A stretch of 64,000 nucleotides of DNA, from positions 432,265 through 496,264 of the forward strand of contig JAQGDQ010000107.1 in assembly GCA_030141605.1 (NCBI GenBank). Direction: 5' to 3'. Under the pieces are notes generated by a model. The model did not search any database, had not been told where the DNA came from, and saw nothing but the letters and a program-made list of their open reading frames with translations. Positions 53,050-64,000 of the stretch are shown here, piece by piece (within the stretch, counting starts at the first letter, position 1; each line of letters opens with the position of its first letter). The translations under genes and the position numbers were made by a program. The stretch is from Tubiluchus corallicola. Taxonomy: Eukaryota; Animalia; Priapulida.

Positions 53050-53330
53050 GACGATCATAATGATGATGATGATGACGATGATGATGATAGTGATGATGGT
53101 GATGATGATGATGTTGATGGTGGTGATGATGATGATGATGATGACGATGACGACGATGATGATGTGGTGATTATGATGATGATGACGGTGATGATGGTGA
53201 TGATGATGGTAATGATGATGATGTTGGTGGTGGTGATGATGATGATGATGAAGATGATGATGATGATTATGATGATGATGATGATGATGACGACGATGAT
53301 GATGTGGTGATTATGATGATGATGACAACG
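53050..53330. repeat. (GAT)n imperfect trinucleotide tract
   Basis: Directly visible. Confidence 0.95.
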
Positions 53331-53494
53331 ACAGGTTAAGTGACAAAAATGTTGTTCTAAGATTCAAGAAAGATTACATTCTATGAGAAAAATAAGTTAA
53401 CATATATAAACGTATGGCTGGTCGCTTGGCGGTCTTATCTTAATAAATTCTTTAACTTTAACCTGTTCTAGCAAAACGTTAAATGAAATGTTTT

Positions 53495-54010
53495 TATACG
53501 TTTAATTTATTTGAATGCAATCTCAGGTTGATAGGTAAAATTTAGGATTTCAGCCTGAATCGTCACCCATCGTCTACCTAATACTTTCCTCCATTGGTCT
53601 CTTATGTCTGACGTGTAAAATGCGTCACTGTTATTCAATGCCTTTATAAGAAGATTTGAGCTTTGCATTACTCTACTGTATAGACTGTATGCAGTTTTTC
53701 TACGTATTACATCAAAGTATAAAACATCGTGGTCTACTGAAATAGTCCTGGAACTATAATCATATGGGTAGTTGAAAAGTTTGTGTTTTGAAATATTGTG
53801 AGCTACTTTAAGTTTGCTGAGACTGTACCTATAAAAATGTCGCCAGGTGGCCATACAGTAGAAAGAATTACAATAAGAGTTGAACAGATGAGTTTTGACA
53901 TTAGGTGAACAAAGATGAAATTTTCTAAGAATACGGTTTGCTCTAGCACAAACAAGACTTCGTTGTCTGATAACATCCATATCATCTTTAATCCATATCC
54001 ATAGCATGTA
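53495..54010 (-). mobile_element. LINE ORF2 C-terminal fragment (Proto2-like by motif recall)
   Basis: DDMDVIRQRSLVCARANRILRKFHLCSPNVKTHLFNSYCNSFYCMATW...LKVAHN...FDVIRRKTAYSLYSRVMQSSNLLIKAL, followed by AATAAA. Confidence 0.85.
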
Positions 54011-55104
54011 AGAATTTCAGTTCATTTCGTTTCATAATAATTGATTGGTTGCACCAATTTGCACGTAGCGCACCACTGCGACTTCAGCAGTCCTCATTTA
54101 CTGCCTAGCATATGCCAGTCATGAGCTAGGCTTCTGCATGGTCAATAGTTTATCACTTGCAACAATTACTATTTGGTGAGCAGCTCATTTGAGCCGCCTC
54201 TGTGGCAGCGCAAATACGGTAAATGCAGATATACGTCCGCTTAATGCAAAGCTCAAATAGCCGTTGCCCAGTCATTGGCGAGGTCGATAAGTAAGAAGAT
54301 ATCCTCGGTAAACTAATTGTCATCAGAAAGTTTTCCATCCCTTAATGAAGCCCCGCATTATTTACATTCGTGCTGGCATTCGCGCATACAAATTGACCCT
54401 GTGTTTGTCTTCGCTAGCCTTGAAATAATGCCGTGTTGGATGTATATAATAGAGTGTGACTTGGTTCAACTTGCTTTGGCTAATATGATCGATCGAATGC
54501 GGACTATTCTGCTCGGGAGGTGATTCAGTGCATTTCGAGTTTCTCTGCTGAGGTTTGTTTTCCTCAAATAGACTAACTTCCTGATGGGAAATCACAATCT
54601 GTGTGAAAAGCGAGTTTCGTTGCTGGCCGTTCAATTCATGAAATAAGCCGCATTCTGTCGTAAGCCATAAGGTCTTAAAAAAACTGTTATACATTTCACT
54701 ACTTATGAAACCTGTTCGTGAAATGTTCTAAGTACCTGAAACTCGAACTAGAAATCAACATACCATAATTAACTATTTCGAAATTTAAAGATTTTGGTCA
54801 TGTCAAAAGTGTAAGCATAATTATTTGAGACACGTCTAATCATATTTACTGGAGCAAGACTATTAATTTGAGGTTGTCACTTAGTATGCTTGACAAAACA
54901 CGCCTGGTAAAGTCTTTTTTCTTTGACTATAAATTTATTTCACAATAAGAAAGCTGACGCCTCAGTTGCATTACCATCAAGTTGATTTCGAAACTATAGT
55001 CAAATTTGCTGCTGTTTTGATTTCGAGGCTCTAGTTAAATCAGCTGTAAACTGTGCGCAGAAGGCTTCTCAAAATTTTAAAATAAATACTGGACTGCTGT
55101 CCGC

Positions 55105-55448
55105 TTTTAACGGAGGCAGGACGGATGGCACCACTGCCCACACCGTGCGGCATGTCCCAATTAAGTCCTTCAACACCAAACCCAAAACAAAACCCGAACA
55201 ATCGAGTCAAAACAACAATTTATTACTACATATCACACCCCCAATAAGGAACAAACAGCTTACCTAGAAGAACGGAGTTTGCGGCAAAGCCTGAGAAATG
55301 TGAACAGAGCTGCAATGAAAGACACGACCACTGACAAGGATCTACAGCAGACCTTCCCTTTTTATAAGGTCACGTGTGCACGTGACTAGTGGCTTTTACT
55401 AACGCAAGGTCAGAATACGAGTCTGTGCTAGATAAAGCCACGTTCACA
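55105..55448 (-). mobile_element. Possible degenerate solo LTR
   Basis: Minus-strand TATAAAA (~55361-55367) upstream of AATAAA (~55219-55224); TG start at 55448. No TSD found. Confidence 0.3.
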
Positions 55449-56929
55449 TGCACACCTGAGAAGTCCACTGTATTCCCCAGCCAGCATTACGTTTCATTTC
55501 ACAACAGCCCCGTAGTACACTACTTATGGTTAGCTGATCACCATCATCACCATCATCATCACCAGATAAACAAAAAATAATGATGTCAATTTTCAGGCCA
55601 GTTTTATGACATTTTAGGTCGTCTAATAATTTCATCTAGTTACTTGACTTTGAGCTAGTTGATGTGCGATTTAATGATGCGTAACTACTGCCACTGAATC
55701 ATAAGGCAGTAAGTGATGAAATCCACCCCAAGCAGGTGGCATTTGTCGTCAGTAAACGTTTGCTTATTGTTTTAACAGCATTACCGAAATAAGATCGAAA
55801 ACAAACGTTAACTGTCTGCTCAAGTATTTATGGGTAATATGCTACTAGCATTTTGGACTCCAGTATCGGAGCCAGAATGATATGAATGAATTCAGGAAAC
55901 ATGGTTAGCTTTTATACTCATCATCAGTATTTATGATCACACTCGGCTACGACATCAAAATATAACGAGAGTTAAAGGAAAGAACAAAAAACTCAGTATG
56001 TCTTATCTGTGTTTACTATTGTCTCTTAAATTTATAAAAATAAAACAAAGAAATTTACAAAAAACTGTACTACGTCCGAATAGAAATTTTCAGGCGTGGT
56101 GGTTGCCGCCATTCACTTGAAAATTATGACGTAACTGGGTAACTTTTCGTAAGCGCGTGCTGCTTAAACTAATTCAAATTTCTGCAGCTTACTGATTCTT
56201 CAGCAAAAATATCACAAAATTAGATCTCTAATTTTTCTGTAAAAACTTATTATACATTTGACGATGATTGGACAGAGCGTTACTTTCCTTCAGGACGAAT
56301 GACGTCATTGGAAGAAAAACGGGCATTGAAAATGGCGGGGGGGGGGGGGAAGCAGGAAACGATCGCGACTTTAAAGTGATTTCACTAATTACACGAGGTG
56401 GTTAACACACTTTTATTAGTAAATCCTTCTAACATTTCTCGCGAACATTGAAACAAGCCTAACTTTCCAGAAGGCTTGACCTTTCCTTTAGTGCCATTTT
56501 TGCATTTTTCACTTTGGTTGGTATATGTATAATGTCTGCAGTTTGCTGTGACAATACGACTGCAACATCATTTTCATTCTCATCCTTTACTATCTTTTAT
56601 TTGTTGTTTTTCATGCAGTCTGCCAAGGTCGTTCGTCTGTATACGGATATGCGTGGCTCCTGTTTTGTTGGTTTTTGTGAAATTCCAGCTGAACTCTTTG
56701 TAAATTTCATTTACTGTTCGCCCGCTTAAACTGAAGCAACGTGATCAAAACCCGAAGAAAAGCTGTATTTGCGTTTAGCAAACAACAAAATCTGACATAT
56801 TTTGATAAATCTGTCGGCGCAGAATTGAGATTTAACACAGATGCTGGCGCTGGTTTGTTGAGTTGGACGCGGGTAAACATTGCTAAGCAAAGAGATGACA
56901 AAGGAAATCCTCTTTTTAATTTTGTTTGC

Positions 56930-57531
56930 TAAATTTGGCGCAAGCTAGACTGTACAAAAGCTGTACAGGCAAAAATGGGGCTGAATTCTAAAGTACTGAA
57001 CTTAGAAATGTTACATAAATTTGGCACAAGCTAGACTGTACAAAAGCTGTACAGGCAAAAATGGGGCTGAATTCTAAAGTATTGAACTTAGAAATGTTAC
57101 ATAAATTTGGCACAAGCTAGACTGTACAAAAGCTCTACAGGCAAAAATGGGGCTGAATTCTAAAGTATTGAACTTAGAAATGTTACATAAATTTGGCACA
57201 AGCTAGACTGTACAAAAGCTGTACAGGCAAAAATGGGGCTGAATTCTAAAGTATTGAACTTAAAAATGTTACATAAATTTGGCACAAGCTAGACTGTACA
57301 AAAGCTGTACAGGCAAAAATGGGACTGAATTCTAAAGTATTGAACTTAGAAATGTTACATAAATTTGGCGCAAGCTAGACTGTACAAAAGCTGTACAGGC
57401 AAAAATGGGGCTGAATTCTAAAGTATTGAACTTAGAAATGTTACATAAATTTGGCGCAAGCTAGACTGTACAAAAGCTGTACAGGGAAAAATGGGGCTGA
57501 ATTCTAAAATACTGAACTTAGAAATGTTACA
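56930..57531. repeat. 86-bp tandem repeat, 7 copies
   Basis: Unit taaatttggcRcaagctagactgtacaaaagctgtacaggcaaaaatggggctgaattctaaagtaYtgaacttagaaatgttaca. Confidence 0.98.
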
Positions 57532-57954
57532 ATGAAACCTTACATGTCAGGTTTATATAATTTCGATTTACTCATGACTAGTTTCATTTTTTTGCTTCTT
57601 ATGTTGGTTTGAGTTCTTGATTTATATGTAATTATTAGTTTTGTTTTTGATGAGATTAAATTTTCCGTTTTGTTTGCTAATTTAAATTTTGCCTCTTCTC
57701 CTAGCCAAACGTATTTACTGTTTCTAAATTCAAACTAATTTGAACTTGTTGCCTCATTTATTTTTGTTTTGTTAAGTTGCTGATAATTTTCATTTGTACA
57801 TACCTCACTTGACAGGTCACTTAATTTTCTTCAGTTTGGATGGTTGACTTGGTGACCCTTGGTCTTTTCGCCACCCCGTCTCTTTTCCGTCTTTCTTTTA
57901 GTTTTTACCGTTTGTTTATGCTTATTTTGTAACATTCAGAGACAAATAAATTTT

Positions 57955-58566
57955 TTACTTACTTTACTTACTTACTTACTCACTCACTCACTCACTCACT
58001 CACTCACTCACTCACTCACTCACTCACTCACTCACTCACTCACTCACTCACTCACTCACTCACTCACTCACTCACTCACTCACTCACTCACTCACTCACT
58101 CACTCACTCACTCACTCACTCACTCACTCACTCACTCACTCACTCATCCACTCACTCACTCACTCTCACCCACTCACTCACTTTCTCTCACTCACTCACT
58201 CACACTCACTCACTCACTCACTCACTCACTCACTCACTCACTCTCTCACTCACTCACTCACTCACTCACTCACTCACTCACTCACTCACTCACTCACTCA
58301 CTCACTCACTCACTCACTCACTCACTCACTCACCCACTCACTCACTCACTCACTCACTCACTCACTCCTCACTCACTCACTCACTCACTCACTCACTCAC
58401 TCACTCCTCACTCACTCACTCACTCACTCACCACCACCACACCACCACCACACCACCACCACCACCACCACCACCACCACCACTCACTCACTCCTCACTC
58501 ACTCACTCACTCACTCACTCACTCACTCACTCACTCACTCACTCACTCACTCACTCACTTACTTAC
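57955..58566. repeat. (ACTC)n microsatellite with (CCA)n insert
   Basis: Explains the THSL ORF. Begins right after an AATAAA, so it may have been seeded by a LINE tail. Confidence 0.97.
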
Positions 58567-60359
58567 AAACTAAATATTGTATAAAAATTTCCCTAAGCAA
58601 TTGTTTTATTAGAATCTGTTGCCTGCTTTATCTACTTACAATCATGAAACACAATGATGTACAGAAGTCCAAGCATACACTTAATGTTATGCAAACCTGG
58701 TACATCTAGTACACTGTACCAAAGATGAGCTCAGTAGTTTGCAGGTTAACTCATGGCTTGACCAGGACTGTTTTGTCCACGGCCCACACAGATTTTAGAC
58801 CCACAGTTCAAGAATAGTTCAACTTAAGAGTGTGTTGAAGCTCTCAATGGGCTCTCTTTTACTGACGTTGCCTGACTGCTGTTTCAGTCGTCCTGTTTGC
58901 ACAATGTTAAAAATATCGTCTCATTTTACAAGTATTTAAGACGTGATGAACGTCTCAAACTTCACGAACGTCCCAATGTAGCTTCGATTAGTCTGCAAAC
59001 AGTAAGGTTAAAGTATTTTACTCCTAAACTGAAGATTGAAACAATCTACTCTTTAAAATATTGAAAGGGGACACTTACGTGATAAGAATGACTTACGTGA
59101 ACGAAATTTTACCACACAAAAGTAATTCGTGTTCCCGCGGCTAGTTCTTAGCTGTTACACGCATTTCGCATACGTTAGTTAGATGGGTATTAGCGCCTGC
59201 ATTTCGGAAACGCTTGCGTGAAAGGGCAGCTCATTTCAGAGCTGTTCGTTTGTGACATAATACACACGTTCGAGATCTCATGCTTGAGTACAGTGGTGAA
59301 TTTAAAATTTCAATTTTTATCTTAAAATATGCCGAGTAAATTTTTTCTCATTATTTCGCAGTGTACATCATTTTTCGCTTTCGCAAACACGTTTAAGACG
59401 CTCGTGGAATGTTAGTACTGTTGAAAATTGTGTTCATTTGTGACGTCATGATTAGCTCGTCTCGCCCGCCGTTAATAAGTTTTTAACCTATTATTTATTT
59501 ATCAAAAAATGCTTTGACATTATTATATGTGTTAAAATGTACTTCAGCGTGTGGTAGGTTTTGAAAAATCGTCCTGTTTTGCTTTAACAACAGACATGTC
59601 AGCGAACTCTGCCAATGCCTAACTGGAGTGATTTTACCAGTAATTCCAGTTAACCAGCAAAACACATGAAACAAAGATGCGAACTGTGTGTATCTAGTTA
59701 CAAAACTAGCTCAAGTTAAGGAATGGGCAAGGTTAGATTTGCAACCTGAGCTTCGTGTTTCTACTTTAAGTATATTTTGCTCGATTGTTTTTCTGGTTCT
59801 TTCAACTGCATTTAGTCTGTTTAGCACTTGCGTGGACATCTTAGTCAGTTTTGCCATCAGAATCATATATAGACCTATACATCTTTTTAAACCATTTAAA
59901 GCTTAAAGTTTAAACTTCAGAACAGTTACTTAACCATTTTACATTAACTGTACATACTCAGATTACGTACATTAACGTGAATTTGTCTACTAACTTCGCT
60001 ATTTAAACAATTTGGCTAATTAATCCGATGTTAAATACAGTAATTAGTAAAAACTAGCTCGCTTCGTATTTTGGAGACAAGTAAAATAGGTGTTGTTTAT
60101 TTTTGTTCAAAAGGGTTTTTTCCTGAAGAGAAATAAGGCCTAATTGGCACACCACACACCACATACCACTTATGTTGTTTCCACTCACTATAGCTATTGA
60201 CAACTTATTGTATAGAATCAGTTTGACGAAAAAGAAAATTTTTGACATTTCTAACTTTATAATATCAATAGTCATTATTCAACAGTGCTGTTTCTAAAGA
60301 TTCTAGGGAAACAGTTTAATGGGCACAACAGGTGATTTATTTGCAGATAAACTCAATAT

Positions 60360-60709
60360 TGTTAGGGAGGCACCTGTGTCGGGTCAGGTGTAGGCGCCCT
60401 CTACACGCCTAGCTTCCACGTCAGCAGCGACTCACCCCTTTCTTGTAGGTCCAGACGTCTTGTTTGGGCCTACACGTGGTGTGAGAAGACAGCTGACCTG
60501 GAATGCCAGTATAAAAGCGTGTAGAGGTCACTACAGCCTTGATTTTCTGACACAGGTGCTCCTCGGGGGTAGTGCTGTTACTGAGTTAGTTAGTTATTTT
60601 TTGTGCACGTGTATTTTGTTCCCTATTGTTATTAGTGCTGATAATAAACTCCGTACAGTGTAGTTTTTGTGTATTTTATTTTATGAGAGTTAAATGACAT
60701 GCTATAACA
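60360..60709 (+). mobile_element. Solo LTR, family 2
   Basis: tgttag...tataaca termini, TATAAAA at ~60510, AATAAA at ~60643. Flanks aatat/ggtat match only partly. Confidence 0.65.
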
Positions 60710-61344
60710 GGTATATGGTACTAGTTTACAGACATTAACTTAGTTAATAACATTTTAATTAACATTAACATTTGTAGTTAAGTAATCAGTTACGCAACGA
60801 TAGTAAAATGGGTCTTCGTTTTATAGCAATATCAAAACCGCAATGCCATCTGGGAGTTCGACCCCCTGAGTCGAATTCAGTCCAATATTAATACTATTGG
60901 CAGTCATTATCGAGAAACGTATAAGAAATATACATGTATAATGACTGCCGTTAGGTAGTTGAAATGCTACGTTTGTCTATACCCATTTCTTGTACCCACT
61001 AAACTATTTCAGTACATTTCGATGTGCCGGTATGCGAAATCTATAGGGCTAAAGTAAATTATCCATAATCCCGTAGATAGACCTAAGAAATATAATATAC
61101 AAAAAAAACAAGTCCGAATCCTTTATCATTAAACAACTGAAATTCAATGTGATTCGTTATCATTCATTAATCGTACTGAATTTCAGGTGAATATTGATAA
61201 TGCACTTAAAAGGAAGTGATGTTACCTTGTTCATTACTTCTTAAACTTTCGGAGGGATTTTTGATAAATGAGCCTACTGATTAGAAAAACATCGTACACG
61301 TGATAATTCTCACCCCTCTTATTCTTACACTGAGCAAAACGTAT

Positions 61345-61676
61345 TGTTACGAAGGCAGATTATGACCAACCCCCTAATGTTAGTAATGGGTATGGCTGAG
61401 AAGCCCAGTAATGCAAATATATCTGTATAAAACAGAATGCATGCCGTAATTGCATGACGATTCCAACCTGGCCTTTCTGTCTGTAAAGGTGAATGCTGTA
61501 GGTTTGCTGATTTTTATACGAAAGTCTGTTCACATGTCATGGAGCTACTGGTTGTGCATTAAAGTTTATTTTACATTCGTATTTTACTTTTCTCGTCTGC
61601 TGTAAAGTATTTCATAACTTGTATGCCGCTCTATACATCCCGAGACGAATCCGCGTTGGAACCCGGGTCCGTTACA
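61345..61676 (+). mobile_element. Solo LTR, family 3 (Gypsy-like 4-bp TSD)
   Basis: tgttacg...cgttaca termini; perfect TSD gtat; TATAAAA at ~61426; ATTAAA at ~61558. Confidence 0.82.
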
Positions 61677-61779
61677 GTATTATTGACATAAGGTAGTCCT
61701 GAATGTGAAGCATTGGGTTTCTTGCTTATTGCGGTTTCTCTGTCCAACTGCTATGGATGTTGCTATGGATACATTTTGT

Positions 61780-61860
61780 GATGATTCCTGCGACGCCTGA
61801 AGTACCAGATGTACTGGCTCTGCCTTTCCCATGGATCATACTTCTGGCGTGGAGAATAGT
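61780..61860 (+). mobile_element. RTE-like 5' UTR remnant running directly into the satellite
   Basis: gctctgcctttcccatgga...ggaga.agtgaggctggcgacctgg resembles the SINE body gctccgctttcctttgga...gaagagagggggttcctgttgtctggg (minus strand, ~40765-40704). Confidence 0.55.
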
Positions 61861-64000
61861 GAGGCTGGCGACCTGGTGTAATCCCTCCCTCACTTTAAAC
61901 CAAGTCACGCACAAGTCATGATGACAGGTCACCACCTGGCGTGGAGGGAGTGAGGCTGGCGACCTGGTCCAATCCCTCCCTCACTTTAAACCAAGTCACG
62001 CACAAGTCATGATGACAGGTCACCACCTGGCGTGGAGGGAGTGAGGCTGGCGACCTGGTGCAAGCCCTCCCTCACTTTAATCCAAGTCACGCACAAGTCA
62101 TGATGACAGGTCACCACCTAGCGTGCAGAGAGTGAGGCTGGCGACCTGGTGCAATCCCTCCCTCATTTTAAACCAAGTCACGCACAAGTCATGATGACAG
62201 GTCACCACCTGGCGTGGAGAGAGTGAGGCTGCCGACCTGGTGTAATCCCTCCCTCACTTTAAACCAAGTCACGCACAAGTCATGATGACAGGTCACCACC
62301 TGGCGTGGAGAGAGTGAGGCTGGCGACCTGGTGCAATCCCTCCCTCACTTTAAACCAAGTCACGCACAAGTCATGATGACAGGTCACCACCTGGCGTGGA
62401 GAGAGTGAGGCTGGCGACCTGGTGCAAGCCCTTCCTCACTTTAAACCAAGTCACGCACAAGTCATGATGACAGGTCACCACCTGGCGTGGAGAGAGTGAG
62501 GCTGGCGACCTGGTGCAATCCCTCCCTCACTTTAAACCAAGTCACGCACAAGTCATGATGACAGGTCACCACCTGGCGTGGAGAGAGTGAGGCTGGTGAC
62601 CTGGTGCAATCCCTCCCTCATTTTAAACCAAGTCACGCACAAGTCATGATGACAGGTCACCACCTGGCGTGGAGAGAGTGAGGCTGCCGACCTGGTGTAA
62701 TCCCTCCCTCACTTTAAACCAAGTCACGCACAAGTCATGATGACAGGTCACCACCTGGCGTGGAGAGAGTGAGGCTGGTGACCTGGTGCAATCCCTCCAC
62801 TTTAAACCAAGTCACGCACAAGTCATGATGACAGGTCACCACCTGGCGTGGAGAGAGTGAGGCTGGCGACCTGGTGCAATCCCTCCCTCACTTTAAACCA
62901 AGTCACGCACAAGTCATGATGACAGGTCACCACCTGGCGTGGAGAGAGTGAGGCTGGCGACCTGGTGCAATCCCTCCCTCACTTTAAACCAAGTCACGCA
63001 CAAGTCATGATGACAGGTCACCACCTGGCGTGGAGAGAGTGAGGCTGGCGACCTGGTGCAATCCCTCCCTCACTTTAAACCAAGTCACGCACAAGTCATG
63101 ATGACAGGTCACCACCTGGCGTGGAGAGAGTGAGGCTGGCGACCTGGTGCAATCCCTCCCTCACTTTAAACCAAGTCACGCACAAGTCATGATGACAGGT
63201 CACCACCTGGCGTGGAGAGAGTGAGGCTGGCGACCTGGTGCAATCCCTCCCTCACTTTAAACCAAGTCACGCACAAGTCATGATGACAGGTCACCACCTG
63301 GCGTGGAGAGAGTGAGGCTGGCGACCTGGTGCAATCCCTCCCTCAGTTTACACCAAGTCACGCACAAGTCATGATGACAGGTCACCACCTGGCGTGGAGA
63401 GAGTGAGGCTGGCGACCTGGTGCAATCCCTCCCTCACTTTAAACCAAGTCACGCACAAGTCATGATGACAGGTCACCACCTGGCGTGGAGAGAGTGAGGC
63501 TGGCGACCTGGTGCAATCCCTCCCTCACTTTAAACCAAGTCACGCACAAGTCATGATGACAGGTCACCACCTGGCGTGGAGAGAGTGAGGCTGGTGACCT
63601 GGTGCAATCCCTCCCTCACTTTAAACCAAGTCACGCACAAGTCATGATGACAGGTCACCACCTGGCGTGGAGAGAGTGAGGCTGGTGACCTGGTGCAATC
63701 CCTCCCTCACTTTAAACCAAGTCACGCACAAGTCATGATGACAGGTCACCACCTGGCGTGGAGAGAGTGAGGCTGGCGACCTGGTGCAATCCCTCCCTCA
63801 CTTTAAACCAAGTCACGCACAAGTCATGATGACAGGTCGCCACCTGGCGTGGAGAGAGTGAGGCCGGCGACCTGGTCCAATCCCCCCTCACTTTAAACCA
63901 AGTCACGCACAAGTCATGATGACAGATCACCACCTGGCGTGGAGAGAGTGAGGCTGGCGACCTGGTGCAATCCCTCCCTCACTTTAAACCAAAGTCACGC
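61844..64000. repeat. 91-bp tandem satellite, at least 23 copies, running off the window
   Basis: Unit ctggcgtggagagagtgaggctggcgacctggtgcaatccctccctcactttaaaccaagtcacgcacaagtcatgatgacaggtcaccac. Confidence 0.98.

Noticed and set aside
55972-56374. Kolobok-like element between ttaaag and ctttaa
   Set aside because: The two ends are not complementary beyond 6 bp.

Overview
AT-rich, repeat-saturated eukaryotic DNA, most likely intergenic or intronic sequence from an invertebrate animal. I find no host protein-coding exon I can support, and no CRISPR array or prokaryotic operon. The long ORFs in the track come from microsatellites, minisatellites or decayed transposon coding sequence. The window holds nine tandem arrays (units of 24, 29, 32, 38, ~42, 43, 50, 86 and 91 bp). 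It also holds non-autonomous DNA transposons with readable TIRs/TSDs (hAT, piggyBac, Tc1/mariner-pogo, a possible Academ-like foldback), four solo LTRs and many truncated LINE ends. The most notable theme is a set of RTE-retrotransposon derivatives. First, a complete ~540-bp SINE (40541-41080, minus strand) made of a full-length 5S rRNA head fused to an RTE-like body, with a 17-bp TSD. Second, a 91-bp satellite (61844 to the window end) whose unit and left flank resemble that SINE body. Third, an internally deleted Expander/Rex3-like element with a 17-bp TSD. Fourth, an RTE-like insertion carrying a twin-priming-type 5' inversion. Family names come from motif recognition by eye, not database searches.
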